Origin: Bacteroidales bacterium
GTDB taxonomy: Bacteria > Bacteroidota > Bacteroidia > Bacteroidales > B18-G4
Assembly: GCA_040775045.1 (NCBI GenBank)
Contig: JAXGTH010000003.1
Coordinates: forward strand, 1-51,837
Length of the DNA stretch: 51,837 nucleotides
Direction: 5' to 3'
Under the pieces are notes generated by a model that saw nothing but the letters and a program-made list of their open reading frames with translations, was not told the origin of the DNA and searched no databases. This document shows, in pieces, positions 1 through 7,805 of the stretch (positions within the stretch are counted from its first letter, which is position 1; each line of letters begins with the position of its first letter). Position numbers and translations under genes: made by a program.

Positions 1-338
1 AGCAGGTGATGCTCACGGAGCGGGGCAGCATGTTCGGCTACCAGGACCTGGTGGTTGATTTCCGCAATATCCCCTGGATGCAGGCCCATGGCGTGCCCGT
101 GATCGCGGATATCACCCATTCCCTGCAGCAGCCCAACCAGCCGGGCGGGGTCAGTGGCGGAAGGCCGGACCTGATCGCAAGCATGGGGAAGGCTGCCGTT
201 GCCGTCGGCGCCGACGGGATCTTCCTCGAAACCCACCCGAAGCCCTCCGACGCCCTGTCGGACGGGGAGAACATGTTGCCGCTCGGCCAGCTTGAAAAAC
301 TCCTTGAGTCCCTGGTGAGGATCAGGAAAGCGCTATGA
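1..338 (+). CDS. kdsA: 2-dehydro-3-deoxyphosphooctonate aldolase (KDO-8-phosphate synthase), C-terminal fragment; the 5' end lies outside the window
   Basis: The translation (...VIADITHSLQQPNQPGGVSGGRPDLIASMGKAAVAVGADGIFLETHPKPSDALSDGENMLPL...) matches the conserved KdsA C-terminus as I recall it (DxTH, GG-R, FxExHP, DG). The frame is open to the window edge. Confidence 0.85.
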   Translation, partial: QVMLTERGSMFGYQDLVVDFRNIPWMQAHGVPVIADITHSLQQPNQPGGVSGGRPDLIASMGKAAVAVGADGIFLETHPKPSDALSDGENMLPLGQLEKLLESLVRIRKAL

Positions 339-368
339 ATAGAGAATATTGTTCCTCTGTTCCATCCC

Positions 369-1523
369 CTACTCCGCTTCGAGCCCGACAGATTTCAATC
401 CGCCGGTTTCCCCGTCAAATTCAACATCGGATGCTCCGGGCGGCAGGCTGGCGACCTTTCCCAGCTGGCTGACCGGTACCGTAATGCGGGCAACGGTTTC
501 CCCGTTGAAAATGAACCTCACGGTGGCATTCTCAGGGATGCGGTATACCAGTCCGCCACCCGACCGGGCTTCCCCACGGGCAATGGCGGCAGTGTTGCCA
601 TGATTCTCGACCCTTATGAATCCCTGGGTCCCCCCTCCCCCGCCTTCCGAAATGCCTTTGCCGCTGGAAAAATTGAAGATGGCCACGTTCTCGTTGACAT
701 TCTCTTCCGAAGGAAGGAAAGTAAAGCTGTAGGTGAGTTCGCTCCGCACCACGGCCCCGGTAAAGAGTTGCATGTATTCCTTTTCGAGTGCAAGGAGTTC
801 ATCGTTCATGAACCGGATGGTGCCCTCGCTGTAATTCACCTCCTGGTAGCCTGTGAGCAGGTTATAGCGGCCTTCGCGGATCCTGCTGATCATTTCCGCT
901 GTTTCCCGGGCTTTGACTTCGAGCGGCTTGTCGATGATGGTGGTACGAAAGCTGTAATCTTCAATGGTGACGGTGTCGATATTGATGGTGCGTACGATCG
1001 TGTCCACCCTGGGATAAAGGTTCATTTCGGCATATTTACTGAACAGTTCCATCACCTCTTCGCTTCCAAGCACCTGGCGCAGGCCGTCGGTGCCCGCCTG
1101 TCCGGTCTGCCGGCGGTCTCCAACAGCGGTGATCATCCCCATTCCATTCAAGCTGACCATGGTTTCCCATGTGGTTTTCGATAATTTCTCTCCTTTTGCC
1201 ACAAAATAATAATGTCCGGGATCCGGCTCCGGCAATGGGTTAAGCTTGATATCCAGAATATTGTACTCAAACCCGTCATTTTCGATAACATCTGTTATCC
1301 CCATGTATTTTTCGGCAAAACCGCTCAAGGGTCCCTTCAGCATTTCCTTTTGTTCAACGGTAACCTCCACCTGTATGAGCGTCCGGGGCAAGGCATAGAT
1401 GATACCATCGCGGGCGCCCGCATTGAAAGAGCCGTCGATCCTGCTTACATTGATCTGGGCGTGCAGCAGGAACGGGAGCAGCAACGGGGCCAGGAAAAAG
1501 GGGATAGTCTTATCGAAGCGCAT
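369..1523 (-). CDS. Exported hypothetical protein with an N-terminal signal peptide; possibly DUF4831-like (from memory only)
   Basis: Long ORF 369..1577. The internal ATG at 1523 gives MRFDKTIPFFLAPLLLPFLLHAQ, a signal-peptide-like start. A TAAATTTG -7 box lies 15 nt upstream of it. I recognise no catalytic motif. Confidence 0.5.
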   Translation of the reverse strand: MRFDKTIPFFLAPLLLPFLLHAQINVSRIDGSFNAGARDGIIYALPRTLIQVEVTVEQKEMLKGPLSGFAEKYMGITDVIENDGFEYNILDIKLNPLPEPDPGHYYFVAKGEKLSKTTWETMVSLNGMGMITAVGDRRQTGQAGTDGLRQVLGSEEVMELFSKYAEMNLYPRVDTIVRTINIDTVTIEDYSFRTTIIDKPLEVKARETAEMISRIREGRYNLLTGYQEVNYSEGTIRFMNDELLALEKEYMQLFTGAVVRSELTYSFTFLPSEENVNENVAIFNFSSGKGISEGGGGGTQGFIRVENHGNTAAIARGEARSGGGLVYRIPENATVRFIFNGETVARITVPVSQLGKVASLPPGASDVEFDGETGGLKSVGLEAE

Positions 1524-1538
1524 CGTACTAGTTTTTTG

Positions 1539-1546
1539 CAAATTTA
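1539..1546 (-). promoter_or_regulatory. Bacteroidetes-type -7 promoter box (TAAATTTG on the minus strand)
   Basis: Exact match to TAnnTTTG, 15 nt upstream of the ATG at 1523. Confidence 0.5.
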
Positions 1547-1635
1547 CCAAATATGTTTTTACGTAATTTTCTATCATGAGTTGCGGAAAATATCCTGTAT
1601 AGTTGAGGAATATTGCAGGGCAAATTCTCCGGGTC

Positions 1636-1649
1636 AGTGGAAAGTGGAA
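1636..1649. repeat. Tandem heptamer AGTGGAA x2
   Basis: Read directly as agtggaa-agtggaa, in the intergenic region between the exported-protein gene start and the PiT gene stop. Confidence 0.6.
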
Positions 1650-1673
1650 ATATTCTGCTCGTTTAGCTGTGGT

Positions 1674-2714
1674 TTACAGGTACCCGCCCAGGTCAGCAAG
1701 GTATATCAGCAATAGCGACAGGCCGAAAGCGATCAGGGGTGCGATGAGCCACATCAGGAAGAAACGCCGCACTTCTGTCTTTCTGAAGATATTCTTTGCC
1801 CCCAGCTTGGCCACGCCAATGCCAATGATGGCTGCCACATTGAGTTGCACCAGCGAACTGGGGATCCCACGGGTGATGGAAGCTGCCAGCAGCAGGCTGG
1901 CCGACACGAAAGCGATGAGCACAGCCTCGAACTTCCCGAAAAGCACGATCTCCTTCCCCGTGTTCCTCACGATCTTATGCCCGAACACCGAACTGCCGAT
2001 ACCGAAGCTTGGAGCCACGATGAGGGTCGCGAGGATCATGATCAGGTTGAAATTTTTATCCAGCGGGATGTTCAGTTCATTGGAGGTCATGGATGCTATC
2101 GGCCCGGCCGCATTGGCCACATTGTTGGCACCGATCGAGAATGCTACATAAAGGGACATGATCACAATAAACGTATTCCATATCGGGTTCAGGTTTACGT
2201 TGCTGGCTCGAGACATTGTCAATCCACGTCTTCGCATGGGCTTGTATATGTATTTCCCCAGCAGGTAGCTGATGAAGAATGAGACCACAGGCAGGATGAA
2301 CCATGTAGGGACGATCTCCACCAGCAGTTTATGGGTATTGAGGTCATTGAAGTACAGTGCCGGGGCAACGACTGCCAGCACGGTGGCCTGGCTTGTCGAC
2401 TGGGGTATTCCTGCAATATTGGAGATCAGCAGGGCTATGGCCACGGAGAAAAGAACAATCGAGACCACGGTAAAGGTCATCATGTCGGGATTCAACAATC
2501 CTTTTCCTACCGTAGTGGCTGTCCCTTTACCGGCAATGATGGCCCCAAGGAAGACCATAATGCCAAAGATGCCTGGGATCAGGGTCTTACGGATAACGTT
2601 TGCACCATAAGCAGCCGAAAATGCAGGGGCTGTTCCACTCCCTCCCATGGTCATGGCCAGGAACATCGCGATGATGAACGGGATGAGGAGGTGGCTGAAT
2701 AGCGGTGACAGCAT
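1674..2714 (-). CDS. Inorganic phosphate transporter, PiT/PHO4 family
   Basis: 346-aa polytopic protein. It has the duplicated PiT signature (GGSGTAPAFSAAYGAN near the N-terminus and SIGANNVANAAGPIA in the second half). ATG start at 2714. Confidence 0.85.
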   Translation of the reverse strand: MLSPLFSHLLIPFIIAMFLAMTMGGSGTAPAFSAAYGANVIRKTLIPGIFGIMVFLGAIIAGKGTATTVGKGLLNPDMMTFTVVSIVLFSVAIALLISNIAGIPQSTSQATVLAVVAPALYFNDLNTHKLLVEIVPTWFILPVVSFFISYLLGKYIYKPMRRRGLTMSRASNVNLNPIWNTFIVIMSLYVAFSIGANNVANAAGPIASMTSNELNIPLDKNFNLIMILATLIVAPSFGIGSSVFGHKIVRNTGKEIVLFGKFEAVLIAFVSASLLLAASITRGIPSSLVQLNVAAIIGIGVAKLGAKNIFRKTEVRRFFLMWLIAPLIAFGLSLLLIYLADLGGYL

Positions 2715-2810
2715 GATGTCTGCTTTTTATCGTTGTAAAAATATGAAATTCCGGATTCCGACTATCATTGTGTATGGAAATCCGGTCCATTTTATGGCTG
2801 AGAGCAAAAT

Positions 2811-2838
2811 CCCTTAACCCAAAACCCTAAACTCCCTT
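2811..2838. repeat. Degenerate tandem heptamers CCCTTAA-CCCAAAA-CCCTAAA-CTCCCTT
   Basis: Read directly. Strict 7-nt period, intergenic, immediately upstream of the promoter box at 2858. Confidence 0.55.
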
Positions 2839-2857
2839 TATTCTGTCTTAAAATTCC

Positions 2858-2865
2858 TACATTTG
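2858..2865 (+). promoter_or_regulatory. -7 promoter box TACATTTG
   Basis: Exact TAnnTTTG. It overlaps the TTG that the ORF track uses as a start (2863), which argues the real start is the ATG at 2887, 21 nt downstream. Confidence 0.55.
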
Positions 2866-2886
2866 GCCAGCCGAAAACCAATTCTT

Positions 2887-3729
2887 ATGTTAAGATTCAT
2901 TCTGTTCATTATCGCCGGCGCATCATTGGTGTTTTCCCTCTCTGCAGCACTGCGCTACGGCCTCAGGGCTGCCTATGCGTGGGACGACAGGATCTGTGGA
3001 AGGCAGAAGCGGCGATTCCGTGGATTCCGCCTGCACTTCAGGTTGCCATCAGCCATAGGGGTGATCCCTGAATACTTCTATTTCCTGATACTGGGGCGTA
3101 CAAACTATTTTTGTACACGATGGTGGGCGCTGAGGGCCTCGTCATACATCAGTTTACTGTTTTTCCTTGCAGCCCTGTTCAGCAGAAAATCGGTCGAATT
3201 ATACTATTCAGGCACTTTCTGGACTGAAAACGGGCTGCAGGCTATGTTCACTTCAGGGACTGCTTTCTGGTACCTCAATATCGTGAATGCCCTGTTTTTG
3301 CTGGTGCTGGTTTTCATCATTATTGAAAGTATCAGGATGCACAGGGCATGGGCTCCGGTCCGCATCCTGATGTACACCGTATTCAGTGCTTTTATGGCTG
3401 CCGTCACCGTGATCATGCTTGCGCTGATCATTTCGGTAACTTTCCTCTACATTGCCTACCGGATCATTAAGTTCTTCTTTACCTCGGGGAGGAAGGTCAG
3501 GGTGGATACCGATGATAATGACAGTCCTTCGGAAAAACTGAACAACAGTTTCCGTCGTTTCCGTGCTGAACTCTACGCCTGGGAGAAAGAGCGAAAAACA
3601 TCCCAGCCGGAAGAAAAGAAGGAGAAGAAAGAACCCGTGATCATCAGGCGGAAGCCCAGGGTAGTACGCAAACCCAGGCCGGTGCCCGGGGATGATGATA
3701 TCCCCCGCTTTTATCCCGACCAGCCATGA
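2887..3729 (+). CDS. Polytopic membrane protein of unknown function with a highly charged (K/R/E/D/P-rich) C-terminal tail
   Basis: Several hydrophobic helices (e.g. LRFILFIIAGASLVFSLSAAL, ALFLLVLVFIIIESI, VFSAFMAAVTVIMLALIISVTFLYIAY). The tail reads ...EEKKEKKEPVIIRRKPRVVRKPRPVPGDDD. The stop overlaps the next gene's ATG (ATGA at 3726-3729). Confidence 0.55.
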   Translation: MLRFILFIIAGASLVFSLSAALRYGLRAAYAWDDRICGRQKRRFRGFRLHFRLPSAIGVIPEYFYFLILGRTNYFCTRWWALRASSYISLLFFLAALFSRKSVELYYSGTFWTENGLQAMFTSGTAFWYLNIVNALFLLVLVFIIIESIRMHRAWAPVRILMYTVFSAFMAAVTVIMLALIISVTFLYIAYRIIKFFFTSGRKVRVDTDDNDSPSEKLNNSFRRFRAELYAWEKERKTSQPEEKKEKKEPVIIRRKPRVVRKPRPVPGDDDIPRFYPDQP

Positions 3730-4805
3730 AAGGATCATCCGATATCGATATTGTACTTGCGAGGCTCGACCGGCTCATCGGCGACGGCCCTGCGCTTTGT
3801 CATTTCAACGGCCCCCTGGAGGAAGGGGCTGCTGAGGCATTTGAGGAGAAGTACGGGATAAAGCTTTCCCGGTCATACAAAGCTTTTCTGTATTTTACCA
3901 ATGGAGGGATGATCGTGGATGAGGGCCTGCATGAAATCATCAAGAATGACCCTGAAGGGCTTGAAACCGCAAAATGGAATGCCAATTACCTTTACAGCCT
4001 GGAGGAGCTTGAAGATGCATATCTTGAAATGAAAAACTGGAACTTCGGCATCCCTTCGGAGAACATCGCCACCTATCCTTTCATTCCGTTCTGCCACACC
4101 TCTTCGGGGGAACATCTTATTATGGTGAAGCTCGGAAAAGATGAAAATGAATCGCCTGTGCTGGATGCCTTCCATGAGGAAACCCCGGAAACATGGGGCG
4201 TGGTGGCGGAAAGTTTTGCGGATTTTCTCGACGACTACATCAACAGTTATGGCAGGCCAGAGGTGCTGGGCGACCTGGCCAGGGGTTCTGCCCTGGATTA
4301 TATCGGACCGCTTGAAAGGGAGGAAAAAGAAAGCAATGAAGCCATCATCGACCGATGTAACCGTGAGATTCTTGATAATCCTGAAGATCATTGGGCATAT
4401 GAAGAACGGGGTATGGCAAGGAAAGAACTCGGTATGCTGAATGAAGCCCTCGATGACTTTAACAGGGCCATTTCACTGAAACCTGAAGATGCCTACTATT
4501 ATTTCACCCGCGGCGACCTGTACCAGAAAGCAGGAAAGAACAGGGCTGCATTGATCGACTATGATATTGCCGTGAAGTTCAGCCCTGACGACACCCTTTA
4601 CCTGAATTCACGGGCTGAGATCCTTTTTCAGATGGGAAAATACGAGAAGGCGCTTGAGGATGTGAACCAGGCCATTGCGATCGACGACAGGGATATCCTT
4701 GCATACATGATCAGGGCTTCGATCTGGCATGCAACAGGTGAAGAAGAAAAAGCGATGGAGGACTCCCGTCGTGTTGATGAACTGCAGCACGATGACCCTG
4801 ACTAG
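3726..4805 (+). CDS. SMI1/KNR4 (SUKH-1) domain protein fused to C-terminal TPR repeats
   Basis: The N-terminal half has the SUKH hallmark (...KYGIKLSRSYKAFLYFTNGGMIV... then ...IPFCHTSSGEHLIMV...). The C-terminal ~140 aa form about 4 TPR-like 34-aa units (AYEERGMARKELGMLNEALDDFNRAISLKPEDAYYYFTRGDLYQKAGKNRAALIDYDIAVKFSPDD...). Confidence 0.7.
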   Translation: MKGSSDIDIVLARLDRLIGDGPALCHFNGPLEEGAAEAFEEKYGIKLSRSYKAFLYFTNGGMIVDEGLHEIIKNDPEGLETAKWNANYLYSLEELEDAYLEMKNWNFGIPSENIATYPFIPFCHTSSGEHLIMVKLGKDENESPVLDAFHEETPETWGVVAESFADFLDDYINSYGRPEVLGDLARGSALDYIGPLEREEKESNEAIIDRCNREILDNPEDHWAYEERGMARKELGMLNEALDDFNRAISLKPEDAYYYFTRGDLYQKAGKNRAALIDYDIAVKFSPDDTLYLNSRAEILFQMGKYEKALEDVNQAIAIDDRDILAYMIRASIWHATGEEEKAMEDSRRVDELQHDDPD

Positions 4806-7534
4806 TCCCCGAACCTGAAGCCTATTCCTCCCCTTTGCTGTTCATCTGCTGCCGGGACGAATTCCATAACGTCTTCAAGGGTGAGGGTACCCAGGATGGC
4901 TTTTGTCCTTTTGTCCTTCTCCATGTCCGCCATGCGGAGTTCGTGGTTACGGAATGATTTTTCAACGACTTTCCTTACCGATCGTGCATTCCCGAAAAAC
5001 TTGTTGCGGGTGCTATAAAGGTGTGCGATATAATCCTTCAAATGTTTTTCCGCTTCCTTGTCTGCCTTAAGGCCCCTGTCGGCCAGCATGCTTACCGCGA
5101 TCGACCAGAGTTCCTCTTCAGTGAAATCCTCAAAATTATAGGTACGGTCGAAGCGGGACTTGATCCCCGGATTGGATTCTATGAATTGGTGCATATTGTC
5201 AGGATAGCCTGCTGCGATCACGGCAAATTCCCCTCTGTGGTCCTCCATTTCCTTTATGAGCGCTGCGATGGCCTTCTTCCCGAAGTCATCCGCGCTTCCG
5301 TGGCCTGCGCTGTCGGTGATGCTGTATGCCTCATCGATAAAAAGTACCCCTCCCATAGCCTCCTTGATAAGGTTCTTGGTTTTCTCGTAGGTTTGCCCGA
5401 CGTAGCCTGCCACGAGATCGCTCGCATCGGCATCGATAAGGTGACCGCGTTCCAGCAGTCCAAGGGCTTTGTATGCTTTTCCCAGGATGCGGGCGACAGT
5501 GGTTTTTCCCGTCCCGGGATTCCCCATGAATATGGCATGCATGCTGAAGGCTTTGAGCACATCGCGGTCCATTTCCCTGTAATATTTTGTGAGCCGGATG
5601 AGCTCGTTCACCTCCTGCTTGATGCTGTGCAGGCCTGTAAGTTTGTTTAGTTCAGCTACGGCTTCGTCGAGCAGGGGTTTGTCGATATCGAGTTTCAGCC
5701 TTTCATCAATCTTTCCCTTCATGGGGTCTTCAACGTCCTCAGCTTCAATCGTGGTGAGCATCTTCGTGGTGATCTTGTCAGGATCATTCTGCCTGACCAC
5801 CCGGATGCCCAGGTTCATCTTGGCCTCATCGACCAGCGAGTGTGCCAGGCGCGCGTTGCCGAAGCTTCTGTCGCGGCGGCGGTATGCATCCGTCAGGATC
5901 TTTTTTATCATTTCAAGGGCCTGGTGCGACAGGGTAACATCTTTCTCCCGGGCGGCAAATTCGGCAATGGCCGTAAGTTCATCAGGCGAATAATCCTCGA
6001 AATGGTAATGGTTCCTGAACCTGGACCTCAGTCCCGGGTTGGAGTTGATAAATCGCTCCATCTCCACGGGATAGCCGGCCACCATGATGGCAATATCGCC
6101 AGGCCCGTCGCTCATCTCGGTGATCAGGGCAGCTATGGCTTCCGGTCCGAAGTCGTTCGGTGCACCTTCCTTGAAAAGCATATAGGCTTCATCTATGAAA
6201 AGTATCCCCCCCCTGGCCTTTTCAATGGCAGCTTCTGTATCCTTGCCGGTCTGCCTCACATATCCTGATATCAGGTCACTGCTTTCCACAGTATGCACGT
6301 GGCCCTTGGATAGTAGTCCAATAGCATGGAAAATTTGTCCCAGGAGCTTGGCCACGGTGGTTTTCCCGGTACCGGGATTACCCGTAAAGACGCTGTGCAG
6401 GCTGATCTCCTCATCATCAGGAATGCCTTTATCGCGCCTGTACTGCAGGTATGTAATATAGTCGACATATTCGCGCACCTTGGTCTTGATCTCCTTCAGC
6501 CCGATAAGTTTGTCAAGCTCGGCCAGGATCTCTTCCAGAGGCCTGTCATTGATCTCGATGCTGACATCTTTCGGGGATGTTTCTGCATCCTCATTTTCTT
6601 CACCGGAAGGTTCCGGACTGTCATCATCAGGTATGTTCTTTTCGGGCAGTCCCCTGTGCCCGTAAAACTCTGTCACTTCCTCGTTGACCAGTGCTTCATA
6701 GTCGCTCAGCCTTTCTACATTTGTCTCACCAACGATAAAAGGGATCATGGCCACCACCTGGTCCATGAAGACTACTTCAACGCGGTAGTTATCATTTATC
6801 CAGGAATCGGGGTCGGCGCTTCCCCACCCTGCCGTGATGGTAAAAGGTTCACCGGCGCCCAGGCTGGGTGTTATATATCCCAGGCTGTCGGCCACCCCAA
6901 TGAGGCTGCCGGTGTCGTCGTAATAGTTAAAGAAGAGCTCACATAACCACTCCCGGTCAATACTGTTGATAAACTTGAGTTCCGACATGATATACCGGGT
7001 ATCCTTTTTGGAAAATTGCTTGAGGTAAACCCTTCCTTCCTCGGGCAGGTCACCACTTGGTGCTTCATAGGTCTTCAGGGAGGCAACATGGAAATAGGGA
7101 TTTTGCTTTTCGGTAACCTTACCCTCCTCCTCAATGCGGAATTTAGCCTCGCCTACCGGTTCCCCGTCGATGAGCACTTCCCAAAGGTAATCACCTTCGT
7201 GCCAGAATTTACCATATTCATCGTTACCCCAGCCATAATCGAACAACAGGCTGTTCCTGTCCATCGGTACATCAAATTCCCTGGTTTCGCTGCAGAGTTC
7301 TTTTTCCCGCTTGTCGCCGTTCATAAGAAAGGCCTTGAAAGTCACTTCCGTCTTCCAGTCTTCCTCGTCGAATAACTTATTGTAGAATTCCAGGGCAACG
7401 CTGAGGTAATTGATCTCATGCCGGTCGAATACACGGCGATACTTGCGTTTTCTGTTCATCACACGGTCCCATGCAAATGTTTTTACACTGATGACCTTAT
7501 AATTCCTGTCTGCTTTGTTTTTTTTAAAGATCAT
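4802..7534 (-). CDS. Tandem AAA+ ATPase with two CbxX/SpoVK-type modules, preceded by a duplicated N-terminal domain of unknown function and an acidic linker
   Basis: Two Walker A motifs GNPGTGKTTVA (DNA 6359-6382 and 5501-5524). Each is followed by LFIDEAY (Walker B) and by GYP..M..F...NPG..SRF, typical of the CbxX/SpoVK/EccA AAA subfamily. Start taken at ATG 7534 (MIFKKNK); the track's 7570 is a TTG. Confidence 0.8.
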   Translation of the reverse strand: MIFKKNKADRNYKVISVKTFAWDRVMNRKRKYRRVFDRHEINYLSVALEFYNKLFDEEDWKTEVTFKAFLMNGDKREKELCSETREFDVPMDRNSLLFDYGWGNDEYGKFWHEGDYLWEVLIDGEPVGEAKFRIEEEGKVTEKQNPYFHVASLKTYEAPSGDLPEEGRVYLKQFSKKDTRYIMSELKFINSIDREWLCELFFNYYDDTGSLIGVADSLGYITPSLGAGEPFTITAGWGSADPDSWINDNYRVEVVFMDQVVAMIPFIVGETNVERLSDYEALVNEEVTEFYGHRGLPEKNIPDDDSPEPSGEENEDAETSPKDVSIEINDRPLEEILAELDKLIGLKEIKTKVREYVDYITYLQYRRDKGIPDDEEISLHSVFTGNPGTGKTTVAKLLGQIFHAIGLLSKGHVHTVESSDLISGYVRQTGKDTEAAIEKARGGILFIDEAYMLFKEGAPNDFGPEAIAALITEMSDGPGDIAIMVAGYPVEMERFINSNPGLRSRFRNHYHFEDYSPDELTAIAEFAAREKDVTLSHQALEMIKKILTDAYRRRDRSFGNARLAHSLVDEAKMNLGIRVVRQNDPDKITTKMLTTIEAEDVEDPMKGKIDERLKLDIDKPLLDEAVAELNKLTGLHSIKQEVNELIRLTKYYREMDRDVLKAFSMHAIFMGNPGTGKTTVARILGKAYKALGLLERGHLIDADASDLVAGYVGQTYEKTKNLIKEAMGGVLFIDEAYSITDSAGHGSADDFGKKAIAALIKEMEDHRGEFAVIAAGYPDNMHQFIESNPGIKSRFDRTYNFEDFTEEELWSIAVSMLADRGLKADKEAEKHLKDYIAHLYSTRNKFFGNARSVRKVVEKSFRNHELRMADMEKDKRTKAILGTLTLEDVMEFVPAADEQQRGGIGFRFGD

Positions 7535-7628
7535 GGATATGCGATCATTTAATTGGTTGATAAATATCAAAAAAAACTATTGTGGATGATATCATTGACT
7601 GAGTTCTTAGCTGTTCAGGAGGATTGCC

Positions 7629-7636
7629 CAAAAATA
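7629..7636 (-). promoter_or_regulatory. Candidate -7 promoter box (TATTTTTG on the minus strand) upstream of the AAA+ gene
   Basis: Exact TAnnTTTG, 94 nt upstream of ATG 7534. The distance is long, so the assignment is tentative. Confidence 0.35.
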
Positions 7637-7748
7637 AAAAAATAATACGTGGGATTACCGCGAAAGGGGTTAATCTGTATCTGGTAAAGAGAAAAAATAC
7701 TATTTTACTGGATTACAGGCTTTAACGGTATTTGCCTGCGGCCCGTGG

Positions 7749-7783
7749 CAGGGGCTGGAGGCCTTTATCAGGGGCTGGAGGCC
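7749..7783. repeat. 15-bp perfect direct repeat CAGGGGCTGGAGGCC x2 separated by TTTAT
   Basis: Read directly at 7749-7763 and 7769-7783, 23 nt downstream of the glnN stop. Confidence 0.7.
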
Positions 7784-7805
7784 ATCCGAAGCTGCCCCCC
7801 GAAAT

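Noticed and set aside
2811-2838. A telomere-like CCCTAAA repeat.
   Set aside because: There is only one exact CCCTAAA unit within a degenerate heptamer run, in the middle of a bacterial chromosome segment. It is better explained as one more member of the period-7 intergenic repeat class.
3726-4805. The SUKH/SMI1-KNR4 gene as the immunity gene of a polymorphic toxin (Rhs, CDI or T6SS effector) locus.
   Set aside because: No toxin-like gene (Rhs/YD repeats, LXG, PAAR, nuclease or deaminase C-terminal domains) is adjacent. The SUKH domain is fused to TPRs rather than standing alone in an immunity array. The broader, agnostic hypothesis is kept in the findings.
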